This document shows, in pieces, positions 11,095 to 20,285 of a stretch of DNA of 32,000 nucleotides. Position 1 is the stretch's first letter. Every line of letters begins with the position of its first letter. The stretch comes from Candidatus Iainarchaeum sp. GTDB taxonomy: Archaea; Iainarchaeota; Iainarchaeia; Iainarchaeales; CSSED10-239. Location of the stretch: the NCBI GenBank assembly GCA_037441475.1, contig JBBISB010000002.1, forward strand, positions 60,001 to 92,000. Direction: 5' to 3'. The position numbers and the translations under genes were made by a program. The notes beneath the pieces are model-generated. The model made no database searches, was not told where the DNA came from, and saw only the letters and a program-made list of their open reading frames with translations.

Positions 11095-11872
11095 CTAAGA
11101 ATAACTTTACCCTCTCAATAACCAAATAATTACTAGGCAGTTTTTCAAAAATATTTTTTTTTATACTCATTAAATCTGCTTTAAAACCTCTTTTTTCAAA
11201 AGCATTCTGAATAGATGTTATCTTTGGAGGAAGAGTATATTCAATACCAAAGATTCCCACACCACCTTTGTTTAAAGCATAACAATATTTAAGTAAAACT
11301 TCTTTTTGTAATTCTGGAATAGTATACTCAAAACCACCAAAAACAGAAATAATCAGATCATATTTTTTTGTAGGCAAAAAATTAGCGACATTTCCTCTTT
11401 TTATTTCATCAATATTTTTTGAAATAATTGTTTTTGAACTTAATGTAACTGCAGTAGTTTTTAAAGAAGCCTTAACTTTTCCTTCTTTTTTTAGTGCATT
11501 CCATTTTTCTTTAAGTTCAGCTAAAAAATAACCTTTTCCTGCACCATCATCTAATAAACTTATTTTCTTCTTTTTGTGCCTATATGCCATTACTCTTAAA
11601 GTATGTACTACATCTCTTTTTAAAATTTTATGAGAAGAAAATAATCTATTAAAAATAGTATTATAACTTGCATAATTTCTATCAAGAACATACCCTGAAG
11701 TCCTGTTCTTTGAACGATTATAAGCTTCTTGCTCAAAATAAGAATATCTTATTTTATCTTGTTTTAATTTTTTTTTAATAAGTTCTTTTTGTAAAGCAAC
11801 CATGCCGTTTGGTTTTTCTTTAGATGAATTTACGTTAAAAAAATTACTTACTTTAGAAAATAATTTTTTCAT
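11087..11872 (-). CDS. Class I SAM-dependent methyltransferase (paralog B)
   Basis: LLDDGAGKGYFLAELKEKWNALK...LKTTAVTL...KYDLIISVFGGFEYT, paralogous to 10279-11094. The two ORFs overlap by 8 bp. Confidence 0.75.
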   Translation of the reverse strand: MKKLFSKVSNFFNVNSSKEKPNGMVALQKELIKKKLKQDKIRYSYFEQEAYNRSKNRTSGYVLDRNYASYNTIFNRLFSSHKILKRDVVHTLRVMAYRHKKKKISLLDDGAGKGYFLAELKEKWNALKKEGKVKASLKTTAVTLSSKTIISKNIDEIKRGNVANFLPTKKYDLIISVFGGFEYTIPELQKEVLLKYCYALNKGGVGIFGIEYTLPPKITSIQNAFEKRGFKADLMSIKKNIFEKLPSNYLVIERVKLFLDG

Positions 11873-11898
11873 ATTTTAAAATCCCCTATACAAAATAA

Positions 11899-12681
11899 TT
11901 ATTCTCCACCAAATATATTTGCCATAGCATCATAGCTTGCTCTAAACCTTGAATAAAGTTCATTAAAGTTATTTAGCATAGTTGCATTCAATCTTCCTTC
12001 AATACCAGAAACAGAATCGTTTAAAGAAATATTAAAATCTTGAACTTCTTGATTTAAGTTATATATTTCAGTCATAACATTGTTATCAATGTATGTTTGG
12101 ATACCATAAACCCTCATGTCAACAGAATTAATCTGTGCCCTTACATTTGCATCCAAGGCATTTATCTTAGCAACTAAATCATCATACTGTGCTCTCTGTG
12201 ATTGAGACATTTCAACAATTAAGTTAAGACCAGGAGAAACATGGAAGGAATAAGAGATGTTTAAGGTTCTTGGAGTATTGTTTCTTACAACAGTACATCT
12301 TATATGCTCTTCATATATACCAGGAGTTTGAGGGGTTATAAAGGCATGATAGTAGTTACCAGGAATTGTGGTTGGAATCATTGGAACATCTATTAAAAAG
12401 AAAGACTTATCAGGGAAAAGAAGAGAAAGAATACAGTTTGCATCTGTAATAGGCACACTTCTTGAATCTTCTAAACGAACAATTACTTGTCCTTGCTCAC
12501 CAGAGATATACTCTGTTCCAGATACCATTCTAATACCAGGTTCTGCAGTTTTTTCTCTTATAAAGAATATTAAAAAAATAATTAAGCCAATAACTAATAA
12601 AGCTATGACTATGTAAAGGATAGTTCTTTTATTTAAACTAGAAAATGAACTAAAATTATGATGTCTGAAACCTTTTTCCAT
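11899..12681 (-). CDS. Membrane-anchored surface protein: N-terminal TM, Ig-like domain, coiled coil
   Basis: TM segment ILYIVIALLVIGLIIFLIFFI. Domain GQVIVRLEDSRSVPITDANCILSLLFPDKSFF...GNYYHAFITPQTPGIYEEHIRCTV is paralogous to the 12772-15012 ORF; predicted coiled-coil C-terminus. Confidence 0.7.
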   Translation of the reverse strand: MEKGFRHHNFSSFSSLNKRTILYIVIALLVIGLIIFLIFFIREKTAEPGIRMVSGTEYISGEQGQVIVRLEDSRSVPITDANCILSLLFPDKSFFLIDVPMIPTTIPGNYYHAFITPQTPGIYEEHIRCTVVRNNTPRTLNISYSFHVSPGLNLIVEMSQSQRAQYDDLVAKINALDANVRAQINSVDMRVYGIQTYIDNNVMTEIYNLNQEVQDFNISLNDSVSGIEGRLNATMLNNFNELYSRFRASYDAMANIFGGE

Positions 12682-12771
12682 TGTTTTACTCTTTTTTATT
12701 TTTTTATAAAAAAATAAAAGAAAGCTTCTTTCTTTTAAAGAAAGAAACTTGTTATAACATTTTTAAAAAAT

Positions 12772-15012
12772 CTAAGAAATTATTCTTATATGTATTTCAG
12801 ATTCTTGATTTTCTAAAATCTTGTGAACAGTTGCATTGATGTCTGTTGTTTGTGCTTTAATGATACCAATATCTGTTAAAAGAGAATCAATCTTTGTTGT
12901 TATATCTCCACTTAAAAGATTCCATGTGTTAAGTGTAGTTTGATTAATTTCTTCTATCTTTTGTGCATGTGTTGTATCCATAATAGCTACTGCTGTCTTA
13001 ATGTTGTATACTTCTTGACATAATGGGCTATTATTTGTATCTTGATTTCCACAAAAGTTTTCAACTAATGCAAGGTTGTTATCAACAGATGTAAATCTAT
13101 TTCTGATCTCTTGCATGTCTTCTTGGTTAATTGCATTTGAAACAAGCCATGTGGTGTCTGCTTTAACAGCATCTAACTGTGAAGTTAAGTTAGCTAAAAG
13201 TTCATCCATTTGAACATCTATGTTTCCAATAACTAAACTTGTAATTAAGTTAGATAATGACTCATTAACATCTGTTATCTGTGTTTGGATAGTTTGACCT
13301 GTTGAAACTATTGTTCCGTTTACAGAAACCTCTAAGTTATTAAGTCTTGAAGCTAAAAACTCATTTGAATCCATGAAGCTTTGTGCAATCAATGCATTTG
13401 TGTTATTAAATTGATTTGTAATCTCACTTGCTAAATTAACATTAACAGTGTTTAAAAGATTTGTTAAAGAGGTTGTAGAGGTATTGATTTTTGTATTAAT
13501 TGATTCTCCAGTCTCTGTAACTGTTGCTGTTAATGATAAACTAACATTTGTAAGTTGAGATGAAAGTTCAGCAAATTTCAAATCTATTTTGGTTGAAAGA
13601 TCATTGTTAACTGTGTTTAAAAGATTTGTTAAAGAGGTGGTGGAAGCAGTGATGTTTGTATTAATCTCTTCTCCTGTCTCTTCTAATTTAGCATTTAAAT
13701 TAAGTTCTAAGTTTGTTAAAACACCAAATAACTCTTCAAACTTAAGATCTATTTTACTTGAAAGATCATTGTTAACTGTGTTTAAAAGATTTGTTAAAGA
13801 GGTAGTAGAAGAAGTGATGTTTGTATTAATCTCTTCTCCTGTTTCTTCAAGTTTAGCATTTAAACTTATATTAACATTTGATAAGTTTGTTTGAGAGGTG
13901 TTAAAGTCAGATGCAAGTTGACTTAATAAATCAGCATTAACTGTATTTAAAAGGTTTGTTAAGTTTGTTGTAGAGGTTGTAATATTTGTATTTATTGTCT
14001 CTCCAGTAGAAATAACAGTACCTGTTAAGTTAAGGCTTACATCATTTAAGTTTGCTGAAACTGCATTGAAATCTGTTTGAAGTTGATCTAAGATACTAGC
14101 ATTTACAGAACCTAAAAGATTTGTTAAGTTTGTGTTTGTGTTTGTTATATTTGTATTAATTGTTTCTCCTGTTGTTAAAACAGTAGCTGTTAAGTTTAAA
14201 CTTACATCATTTAAATTTGCATTTAAAGAATTAAAGTCAGTTGATAATTGATTTAAAAGACCGTTATTAATGTTTGTTAAAAGACCAGATAAGTTTGTAT
14301 TAACATTTGTTAAACTTGTCTGTATTGCTTCTCCAGTTGCTGCAACTGTTCCTGTAACAGAAACATTAACATTTGTTAAGTCTGTCTGAAGTGTTGAAAC
14401 ACCTTCTTGTAATTGAGAAGAAAGTCTTCCATTAACATCGTTTAATAAATCGTTTAAAGAAGTATTCATGTTTGTTATATTTGTTGTAATTGTCTCACCA
14501 GTAGATGCAAGTTGACCTGTAACTGTAACATTAACATCTGCAAGTTTTAAGTCTAAGTTATCAGACTTGTTTGTTAAAACACTTATTTGTTCAAGTGCTG
14601 GATTTAAGTGGAAGGATTGTGAACTTTTAACCTCATTTGCCCCTCTTTTACAAGTTACTTCTTGTTCATAAGTTCCAAGAGGGGCTGATCCTAAATAATC
14701 TGTTCTATACCAGTTACCTGCTATGTTAGAAGGTGCCATTGGCTGGTTGTTTACAAAAACAGTTTTGTCTGGGTAAAGAATTGTTACTTTACATTCATCT
14801 ATAGGGTATGGATTTCCCTTATAATCAGATAATCTTACAATAGTTGAACCATAATCATCTCTCCAGTATTCAGTGTGGGATACCCAAGAGAAGATTATTT
14901 CATTATCAACAACTGTTTTTCCATTAACATACGCTGTTGCTAAAAAAGCAATACCTATGAGAAGAATTCCTAGGACTGCTAATAATATTTTTGATTTTTT
15001 ATTTTTTAACAT
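12772..15012 (-). CDS. Large membrane-anchored stalk-like surface protein with tandem 55-aa coiled-coil repeats
   Basis: N-terminal TM (LLAVLGILLIGIAFLATAYV), Ig-like domain shared with the neighbouring ORF, then N/T/L-rich repeats. Confidence 0.8.
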   Translation of the reverse strand: MLKNKKSKILLAVLGILLIGIAFLATAYVNGKTVVDNEIIFSWVSHTEYWRDDYGSTIVRLSDYKGNPYPIDECKVTILYPDKTVFVNNQPMAPSNIAGNWYRTDYLGSAPLGTYEQEVTCKRGANEVKSSQSFHLNPALEQISVLTNKSDNLDLKLADVNVTVTGQLASTGETITTNITNMNTSLNDLLNDVNGRLSSQLQEGVSTLQTDLTNVNVSVTGTVAATGEAIQTSLTNVNTNLSGLLTNINNGLLNQLSTDFNSLNANLNDVSLNLTATVLTTGETINTNITNTNTNLTNLLGSVNASILDQLQTDFNAVSANLNDVSLNLTGTVISTGETINTNITTSTTNLTNLLNTVNADLLSQLASDFNTSQTNLSNVNISLNAKLEETGEEINTNITSSTTSLTNLLNTVNNDLSSKIDLKFEELFGVLTNLELNLNAKLEETGEEINTNITASTTSLTNLLNTVNNDLSTKIDLKFAELSSQLTNVSLSLTATVTETGESINTKINTSTTSLTNLLNTVNVNLASEITNQFNNTNALIAQSFMDSNEFLASRLNNLEVSVNGTIVSTGQTIQTQITDVNESLSNLITSLVIGNIDVQMDELLANLTSQLDAVKADTTWLVSNAINQEDMQEIRNRFTSVDNNLALVENFCGNQDTNNSPLCQEVYNIKTAVAIMDTTHAQKIEEINQTTLNTWNLLSGDITTKIDSLLTDIGIIKAQTTDINATVHKILENQESEIHIRIIS
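13378..14532 (-). repeat. Seven in-frame tandem 165-bp (55-aa) repeats
   Basis: TGE[T/A/E/S]I motif at residues 171, 226, 281, 336, 391, 446 and 501 of the ORF, exactly 55 apart. A diverged eighth copy (TGQTI) is at 571. Confidence 0.93.
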
Positions 15013-15162
15013 AATTAATCTAACCTCACGTTTTTCTAAAAAATTTAATAAACAAGTAAGCAGTTATGTAGCTGTAAGATTATAACTTGTTTATAAAATT
15101 AAATATACTATTATATGTTGTATGTTATATTTATAAACATTTCCTTTTAAAAAAACTTTAAA

Positions 15163-15780
15163 TTAAGGCTTTAGGACTAAGAAAAACTTTCTTTTCTTTA
15201 AAGAATCAGAATTATAGATAAACATCTGAGAAGAAGAAAGCTCTCTTTTAAAGGAAGAAAAGATGGTTTGATAGACCTCTTCTGAGTCAGGGTAGAACTG
15301 TATTATTGAGAGGCCGTTTGGTTTTAGAAGCCTTTTAATCTCTTTTGCTATTTTTTTAATGATATTTTTAATCTCCATCTCAGATTTATTTGAAACAACC
15401 CATTGAAGAGCAGAGATTGAAAGAATAAGATCATATTTTTCATATATTTTTGATAAATCTTGAAAACCACCAAGCTTAACATCAAGTTTCTTGGATTTTG
15501 CTATCTTTATCATCTCTTTTGAAGGGTCAATACCTTTTAAAGAAAGAAAACCGTTTTCTTTTAAAAAATCTAAAGAAAACCCAGTTCCACAACCAACATC
15601 TAGAATGTCAATGGTTAAGTGGTTTGAGAGGGGAGAAGAGAGATCTAAAGCTATTTTTGTCATTTCCTCTTGTGTTTTTCTCATACCTGTGCTTTGGTTG
15701 TACCTGTTTGCTTCTTCTTCTGTATAAAAATCATTAGGGTTTGTGTAAACTTTCTCTGGAACCTCTGTGTTTAAAGACAT
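15163..15780 (-). CDS. Bud23-like SAM-dependent (rRNA guanine-N7) methyltransferase
   Basis: EKVYTNPNDFYTEEEANRYNQSTGMRKTQEEMTKIAL N-terminus, DILDVGCGTGFSLDFL, SALQWV, LSIIQFYPDSEEV and C-terminal KKRKFFLVLKP resemble the Bud23/WBSCR22 family. Confidence 0.75.
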   Translation of the reverse strand: MSLNTEVPEKVYTNPNDFYTEEEANRYNQSTGMRKTQEEMTKIALDLSSPLSNHLTIDILDVGCGTGFSLDFLKENGFLSLKGIDPSKEMIKIAKSKKLDVKLGGFQDLSKIYEKYDLILSISALQWVVSNKSEMEIKNIIKKIAKEIKRLLKPNGLSIIQFYPDSEEVYQTIFSSFKRELSSSQMFIYNSDSLKKRKFFLVLKP

Positions 15781-15793
15781 ATTAACAACTTCT

Positions 15794-16861
15794 TTATTTT
15801 ACATGCACAGTTCTTGTAGGGAAGGCAAACTCAATCTTTGATTTTTCAAATTCTTTTTTAATTGAAAGATTTATTTTATCTTTAACTATTAGATATTCCT
15901 TATAATCAAGAGCTCTTATCCAGTAGATGATTCTTATGTTTAAAGAAAAATCTCCAAAAGACTCAAAGACAACATGATAGCTATCTTTTTCTACATTTTC
16001 ATTTGTATTTAAAATATTAATTATTATTTTCTTACCTTATTCTAATTTCTTAAGAGAAGTACTATAGATAACACCAATTGTGAAATTTTCTCTTTTTGCT
16101 CTTCTTGCAGAAATATTTTCAACAGCATTAAGAGAAAGGTTTCTGTTTGGAACAACAACTAAGGTGTTATCAAAGAATCTTATCTTTGTAGATCTTATAC
16201 CAATTTCTTCTACAGTTCCAAGACCATCTGAGGTTTTTAAAGTATCACCCATCTTAAATGGTTTTTCAACAAATATAACAATTCCTGATATAAAATTTTC
16301 TAAAATATCCTTAGAAGCTAAGGCAACTGCAAGACCACCAATACCAATACCTGCAAGCAAAGCACTTATATTAAATCCAAAGTTTGAGAGAACAACAAGA
16401 ATAGCTAGGATAAAAAATACAACTTTAACTAAGGATTTAAGTAAAGGTATTAATTGGTCATCATACTTTGATTCTGTTTTTTGTGTATGAGGTATTAGGT
16501 ACTCATCTATGATGTCTAAAAAAAACTTAATAATAAATAATGTGATTGCTAAGACATAAACAAAGAAAGAAGTGTTCTTAACAGCTGTTACCCACCATTC
16601 AGAAACAACTAAATATTTAAAACCAATGTTAAAGAAAATAGTCACAATTAATATCTTTAAAGGTAGAGGTTTTGATAGAATCTTAGAGATTATATCATCT
16701 ATCTTGTTTCTTGTATGCTTTGTTATTTTATTTAAAACATTTTTACTTATAAAAACAACAACTGCACTTACAACAAACCCTAAAAGAATAAAAAATATAA
16801 ACCACATGAAGTTTTTTAAGGGATTTTGTAGAAACACAAGATCAAGAATATTGAATAACAT
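15794..16861 (-). pseudogene. mscS: MscS-family mechanosensitive channel interrupted by one in-frame TAA (16037-16039)
   Basis: Upstream part has MscS pore/beta motifs (AGIGIGGLAVALASKDILENFISGIVIFVEKPFKMGDTLKTSDGLGTVEEIGIRSTKIRFFDNTLVVVPNRNLS). After the TAA the same frame reads GKKIIINILNTNENVEKDSYHVVFESFGDFSLNIRIIYWIRALDYKEYLIVKDKINLSIKKEFEKSKIEFAFPTRTVHVK and stops. Confidence 0.85.
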
Positions 16862-17034
16862 TTTAATAACACCTTCTAAAATTTTTATTTATAATACAAA
16901 AAAAATAAATATATAAATATATTATAAACCAAAATCTTTATATTTATATAGACATATAATATGTATGTAAAATTAACTTTAAGTTATTTACTTCTTTTTA
17001 TAAATAAATTACAATTAAATAAAAACGATTAAAC

Positions 17035-17745
17035 ATGATAGACAAACCAATAGTTGAACTTAAAAACGTCTCTAAGATATACAAGATGGGACTTGTTGAA
17101 GTAAAGGCAATAAACGATGTTTCCTTAAAAATATTTCCAAAAGAATTTGTTGCAATCATGGGAGCGTCTGGTTCTGGAAAATCAACAATGATGCATTTAA
17201 TTGGTGCACTTGATCTTCCTACAAAAGGAGAGCTTTCTATTCATAAGCATAAACTTTTAAGCTTTACAGAAGATGAACTTGCATCCTTAAGAGGAAAAAC
17301 CATTAGTTTTGTTTTTCAAGACTTTCATTTAATACCTACCCTTACAGCTTTTGAAAATGTTAGACTTCCTATACTCTTCCAAACAAACGAAGATGATGAA
17401 GAAACATACAACAGAAGATGTGAAGAACTTTTAGATGTTGTTGGTTTAAAAGATAGAATGGACCATAGGCCAGCTGAACTTTCAGGTGGTCAACAACAAA
17501 GAGTTGCAATTGCAAGAGCACTTGCAAATGATCCTGAAATTATTTTAGGAGATGAACCTACAGGAGCCCTTGACTCTAAGTCCTCTGCTGAGATTATTCA
17601 ACTTTTAAAAAAACTAAATAAATCTGGAAAAACAATAATCATTATTACACATGATATTAATGTTGCAAAAAATGCAAAAAGAATAATTACTTTAAAAGAT
17701 GGAAAAATAATTGAAGATAAAATAAACAAACAAGAAAACCCTTAA
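17035..17745 (+). CDS. ABC transporter ATP-binding protein, MacB/LolD type
   Basis: Walker A GASGSGKST, signature LSGGQQQRVAIARAL, Walker B IILGDEPTGALDS. Confidence 0.95.
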   Translation: MIDKPIVELKNVSKIYKMGLVEVKAINDVSLKIFPKEFVAIMGASGSGKSTMMHLIGALDLPTKGELSIHKHKLLSFTEDELASLRGKTISFVFQDFHLIPTLTAFENVRLPILFQTNEDDEETYNRRCEELLDVVGLKDRMDHRPAELSGGQQQRVAIARALANDPEIILGDEPTGALDSKSSAEIIQLLKKLNKSGKTIIIITHDINVAKNAKRIITLKDGKIIEDKINKQENP

Positions 17746-17757
17746 GAAAAAGAAAAC

Positions 17758-18948
17758 ATGAAAAAACTAATTCCCTTTGTTATCTCAAACCTTAAAAGAA
17801 GGAAACTTAGAAGTTACTTAACAATCATAGGTATAATCGTAGGAGTTGTTGCTATCGTCTCTTTAATATCTTTGTCTGAAGGTCTTAAGAGTGGAGTTAG
17901 TCAAGAGTTTTCAAAAACAGGGGCACAGAAAATAACAGTTTCTTCAAAGTATGCACAAACCATACAAGGCTCCTCCTTTCCATTAACTGAAGATGAGGTT
18001 AAAGAGATTGAAAAACTGCCCTCCATTAACTTTGCAACCGGTTACCTTAATACCAGGGCCTCTATTGAGTTTAATAGAAGTAAAAAATTTGCAAGTGTTA
18101 GTGCATATGAAACAGATGTCTATAAAGAGATACTACTTCAAGAAGGAAAAGAAATATTTAGAGGAAAAATAATCACAGATGACAAGGCAAAAGAAATTGT
18201 TATTGGTTATGATTTGTTTAACAGTGATGAATTTTTTGGAAAAACAGTTAAGCTCGGAGATACAGTTGAAATATCAAACCAGAAATTTAAGGTGGTTGGA
18301 GTATTAAACGACTCTGGAAATAAGAATGCTGATAGAGCAATCTATATGTCAATGGATAACCTTAGAGAGATATCAAATATCAAAGATAAGGAAGTTGATG
18401 TTATTTATGCTGTTATTAAAGAAAATGCAGATATTGAAAAAACAGGGCTTGATATTGAAGCAAGACTTGAAAAATTTAGAAAAGTTGAAGACTTTGTTGT
18501 AACTACACCTGTTAAGGAAGCAGAGAGTAGAGAAGAAACATTAAAAGCAGTTTCAATTGTTGTGGTTGGAATTGCATCAATCTCTCTTTTGGTTGGAGGT
18601 ATTGGGATACTTAACTCCATGTACACCTCTGTTCTTGAAAGAAGAAGAGAGATTGGGATTATGAAGGCTATTGGTGCTAGAAGAGAGGATATCTTAAAAA
18701 TATTCTTAATTGAAGCAGGAATAATTGGTTTGATTGGTGGTATTATTGGCACCATAGGTGGTTTTTTAATAGCTTTTATAGTAAATACCATAGGAAAGTT
18801 TACAGGAACAGAAATATCAGCTTCCTTTGATCCAACCATTGTTTTAATTGCTCTTAGCTTTTCATTCTTGTTAGGCCTTTTAGCTGGTTTTCTTCCAGCA
18901 TACCAAGCATCTAAACAACAAGCAATTGATTCTTTAAGAGAGGAATAA
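17758..18948 (+). CDS. MacB/FtsX-type ABC permease 1
   Basis: NLKRRKLRSYLTIIGIIVGVVAIVSL N-terminus; SLLVGGIGILNSMYTSVLERRREIGIMKAIGARREDIL; LLAGFLPAYQASKQQAIDSLR. Confidence 0.93.
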   Translation: MKKLIPFVISNLKRRKLRSYLTIIGIIVGVVAIVSLISLSEGLKSGVSQEFSKTGAQKITVSSKYAQTIQGSSFPLTEDEVKEIEKLPSINFATGYLNTRASIEFNRSKKFASVSAYETDVYKEILLQEGKEIFRGKIITDDKAKEIVIGYDLFNSDEFFGKTVKLGDTVEISNQKFKVVGVLNDSGNKNADRAIYMSMDNLREISNIKDKEVDVIYAVIKENADIEKTGLDIEARLEKFRKVEDFVVTTPVKEAESREETLKAVSIVVVGIASISLLVGGIGILNSMYTSVLERRREIGIMKAIGARREDILKIFLIEAGIIGLIGGIIGTIGGFLIAFIVNTIGKFTGTEISASFDPTIVLIALSFSFLLGLLAGFLPAYQASKQQAIDSLREE

Positions 18949-18983
18949 AAAAAAATTATAATTTTAAAAGAAAAGGTGAAAAT

Positions 18984-20229
18984 ATGAACTTAAACAAAAT
19001 AATAATAGTTATTGCATTGTTAATGGTTATGATAATACCAGTTAATGCTGCAACAACAAACTATGACATCATAAACTTAAATGCAGATAGATACATATAA
19101 CTACAACCCAACACCTGTAATCTCAGGAGAGGAGTTTGAGATATGGATACAACTTACAAACAAAAGTAATGTTGCTGCTGATAATATAGAATATTTTTTA
19201 GAAACAGCATACCCTTTCATTTTAATATCTGAAAATGAAGGGAAGATTTCAAAGCTTGAGGGCTTTCAATCAAAGATAATAAAATACAAATTAAAAACAA
19301 ACAACGATGTTTTAACAGGAACATACGATCTTGAGTTTAGGTATAAAAGAGAGGGTATTAGTATTTACAATATTAAAAAATACACTATAGACATTAAAGG
19401 TAAATCAGCTATACTTGAGATTGTTTCATCTAATGTCTTAGAAGCAAGTATTGGAGATGATTCAACTGTTCTTTTAAACCTTAAAAACTTAGGACAAAAA
19501 GACTCTAAGGATATCTTCATAACACTCGGAGACTCTGCAGACCAAACAATTAAGGTTATTGGTCTTAAGACACAATATCTTGAGAGAATAAATATTGGAC
19601 AAGAAACAAACGTTTCATTCATGATTAGTGTTTCAAAAAACGTTACTGAAACAAGCTACACTCTTCCAATAACTATTGAATATTCAGATATTGATAGAGA
19701 TTATAAGGTTACAAGAAACATAGGAATAAAGCTTAATGATCAGCCAAAAATGATTTTAAGTGTTATTGGTGTTGGAGATGACTTTAAAATAAAACCAAAC
19801 AGTAAAGAAACAATCACAATTGAGATTTACAATGTTGGTAATGTTGATACTGAGATATCATATGTAACTATTGAAGGAAGCGGTATTAACTCAACAAAGG
19901 ACTTTATAGGTTCTATTGAAAGAGATAATTACGATAAGATAGATGTTGTTTTAAACACTAAAGACATTAAAGAAAAAGAAACAGAAATTACTGTTACTCT
20001 TTTCTATAAGGACAACAACCTTAAGGAACAAAAGATAACACAAACAGTTAGTGTACAAACAGATTTTTCTGCAAATGGAAAGAATGCAAATAAAGCTGTA
20101 ATGTCTGTTCTTGGTATACTTGGTTTTATCTTAGGCCTTGCAGTATTTATTCTTCTTGCAAGATGGCTTATTAAGATATTAATAAAACCTGCATACCATG
20201 CTGTTGTTGGAATATTTAAGAGAAAATAA
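18984..20229 (+). CDS. Exported CARDB/COG1361-like protein; signal peptide and mature domain lie in different frames
   Basis: 18984 ATG encodes MNLNKIIIVIALLMVMIIPVNAATTNYDIINLNADRYI then TAA at 19098. The adjacent +1 frame (ORF 19081-20229) continues YNYNPTPVISGEEFEIWIQLTNKSN and ends in a C-terminal TM plus basic tail. Confidence 0.75.
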
Positions 20230-20285
20230 ATTTTTTATTTTCTTTTTTTTTATTTTATAAAAAATATAAAAATAATAATTTACAC

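Noticed and set aside
13589-13894. Plus-strand ORF with an internal repeat (VERSLLTVFKRFVKEVVEAVMFVLISSPV...)
   Set aside because: Antisense shadow of the 55-aa repeats in the surface protein; no independent coding evidence.
13378-14532. Possible CRISPR or satellite array
   Set aside because: The units are 165 bp, in frame, contiguous and without variable spacers; they encode protein repeats.
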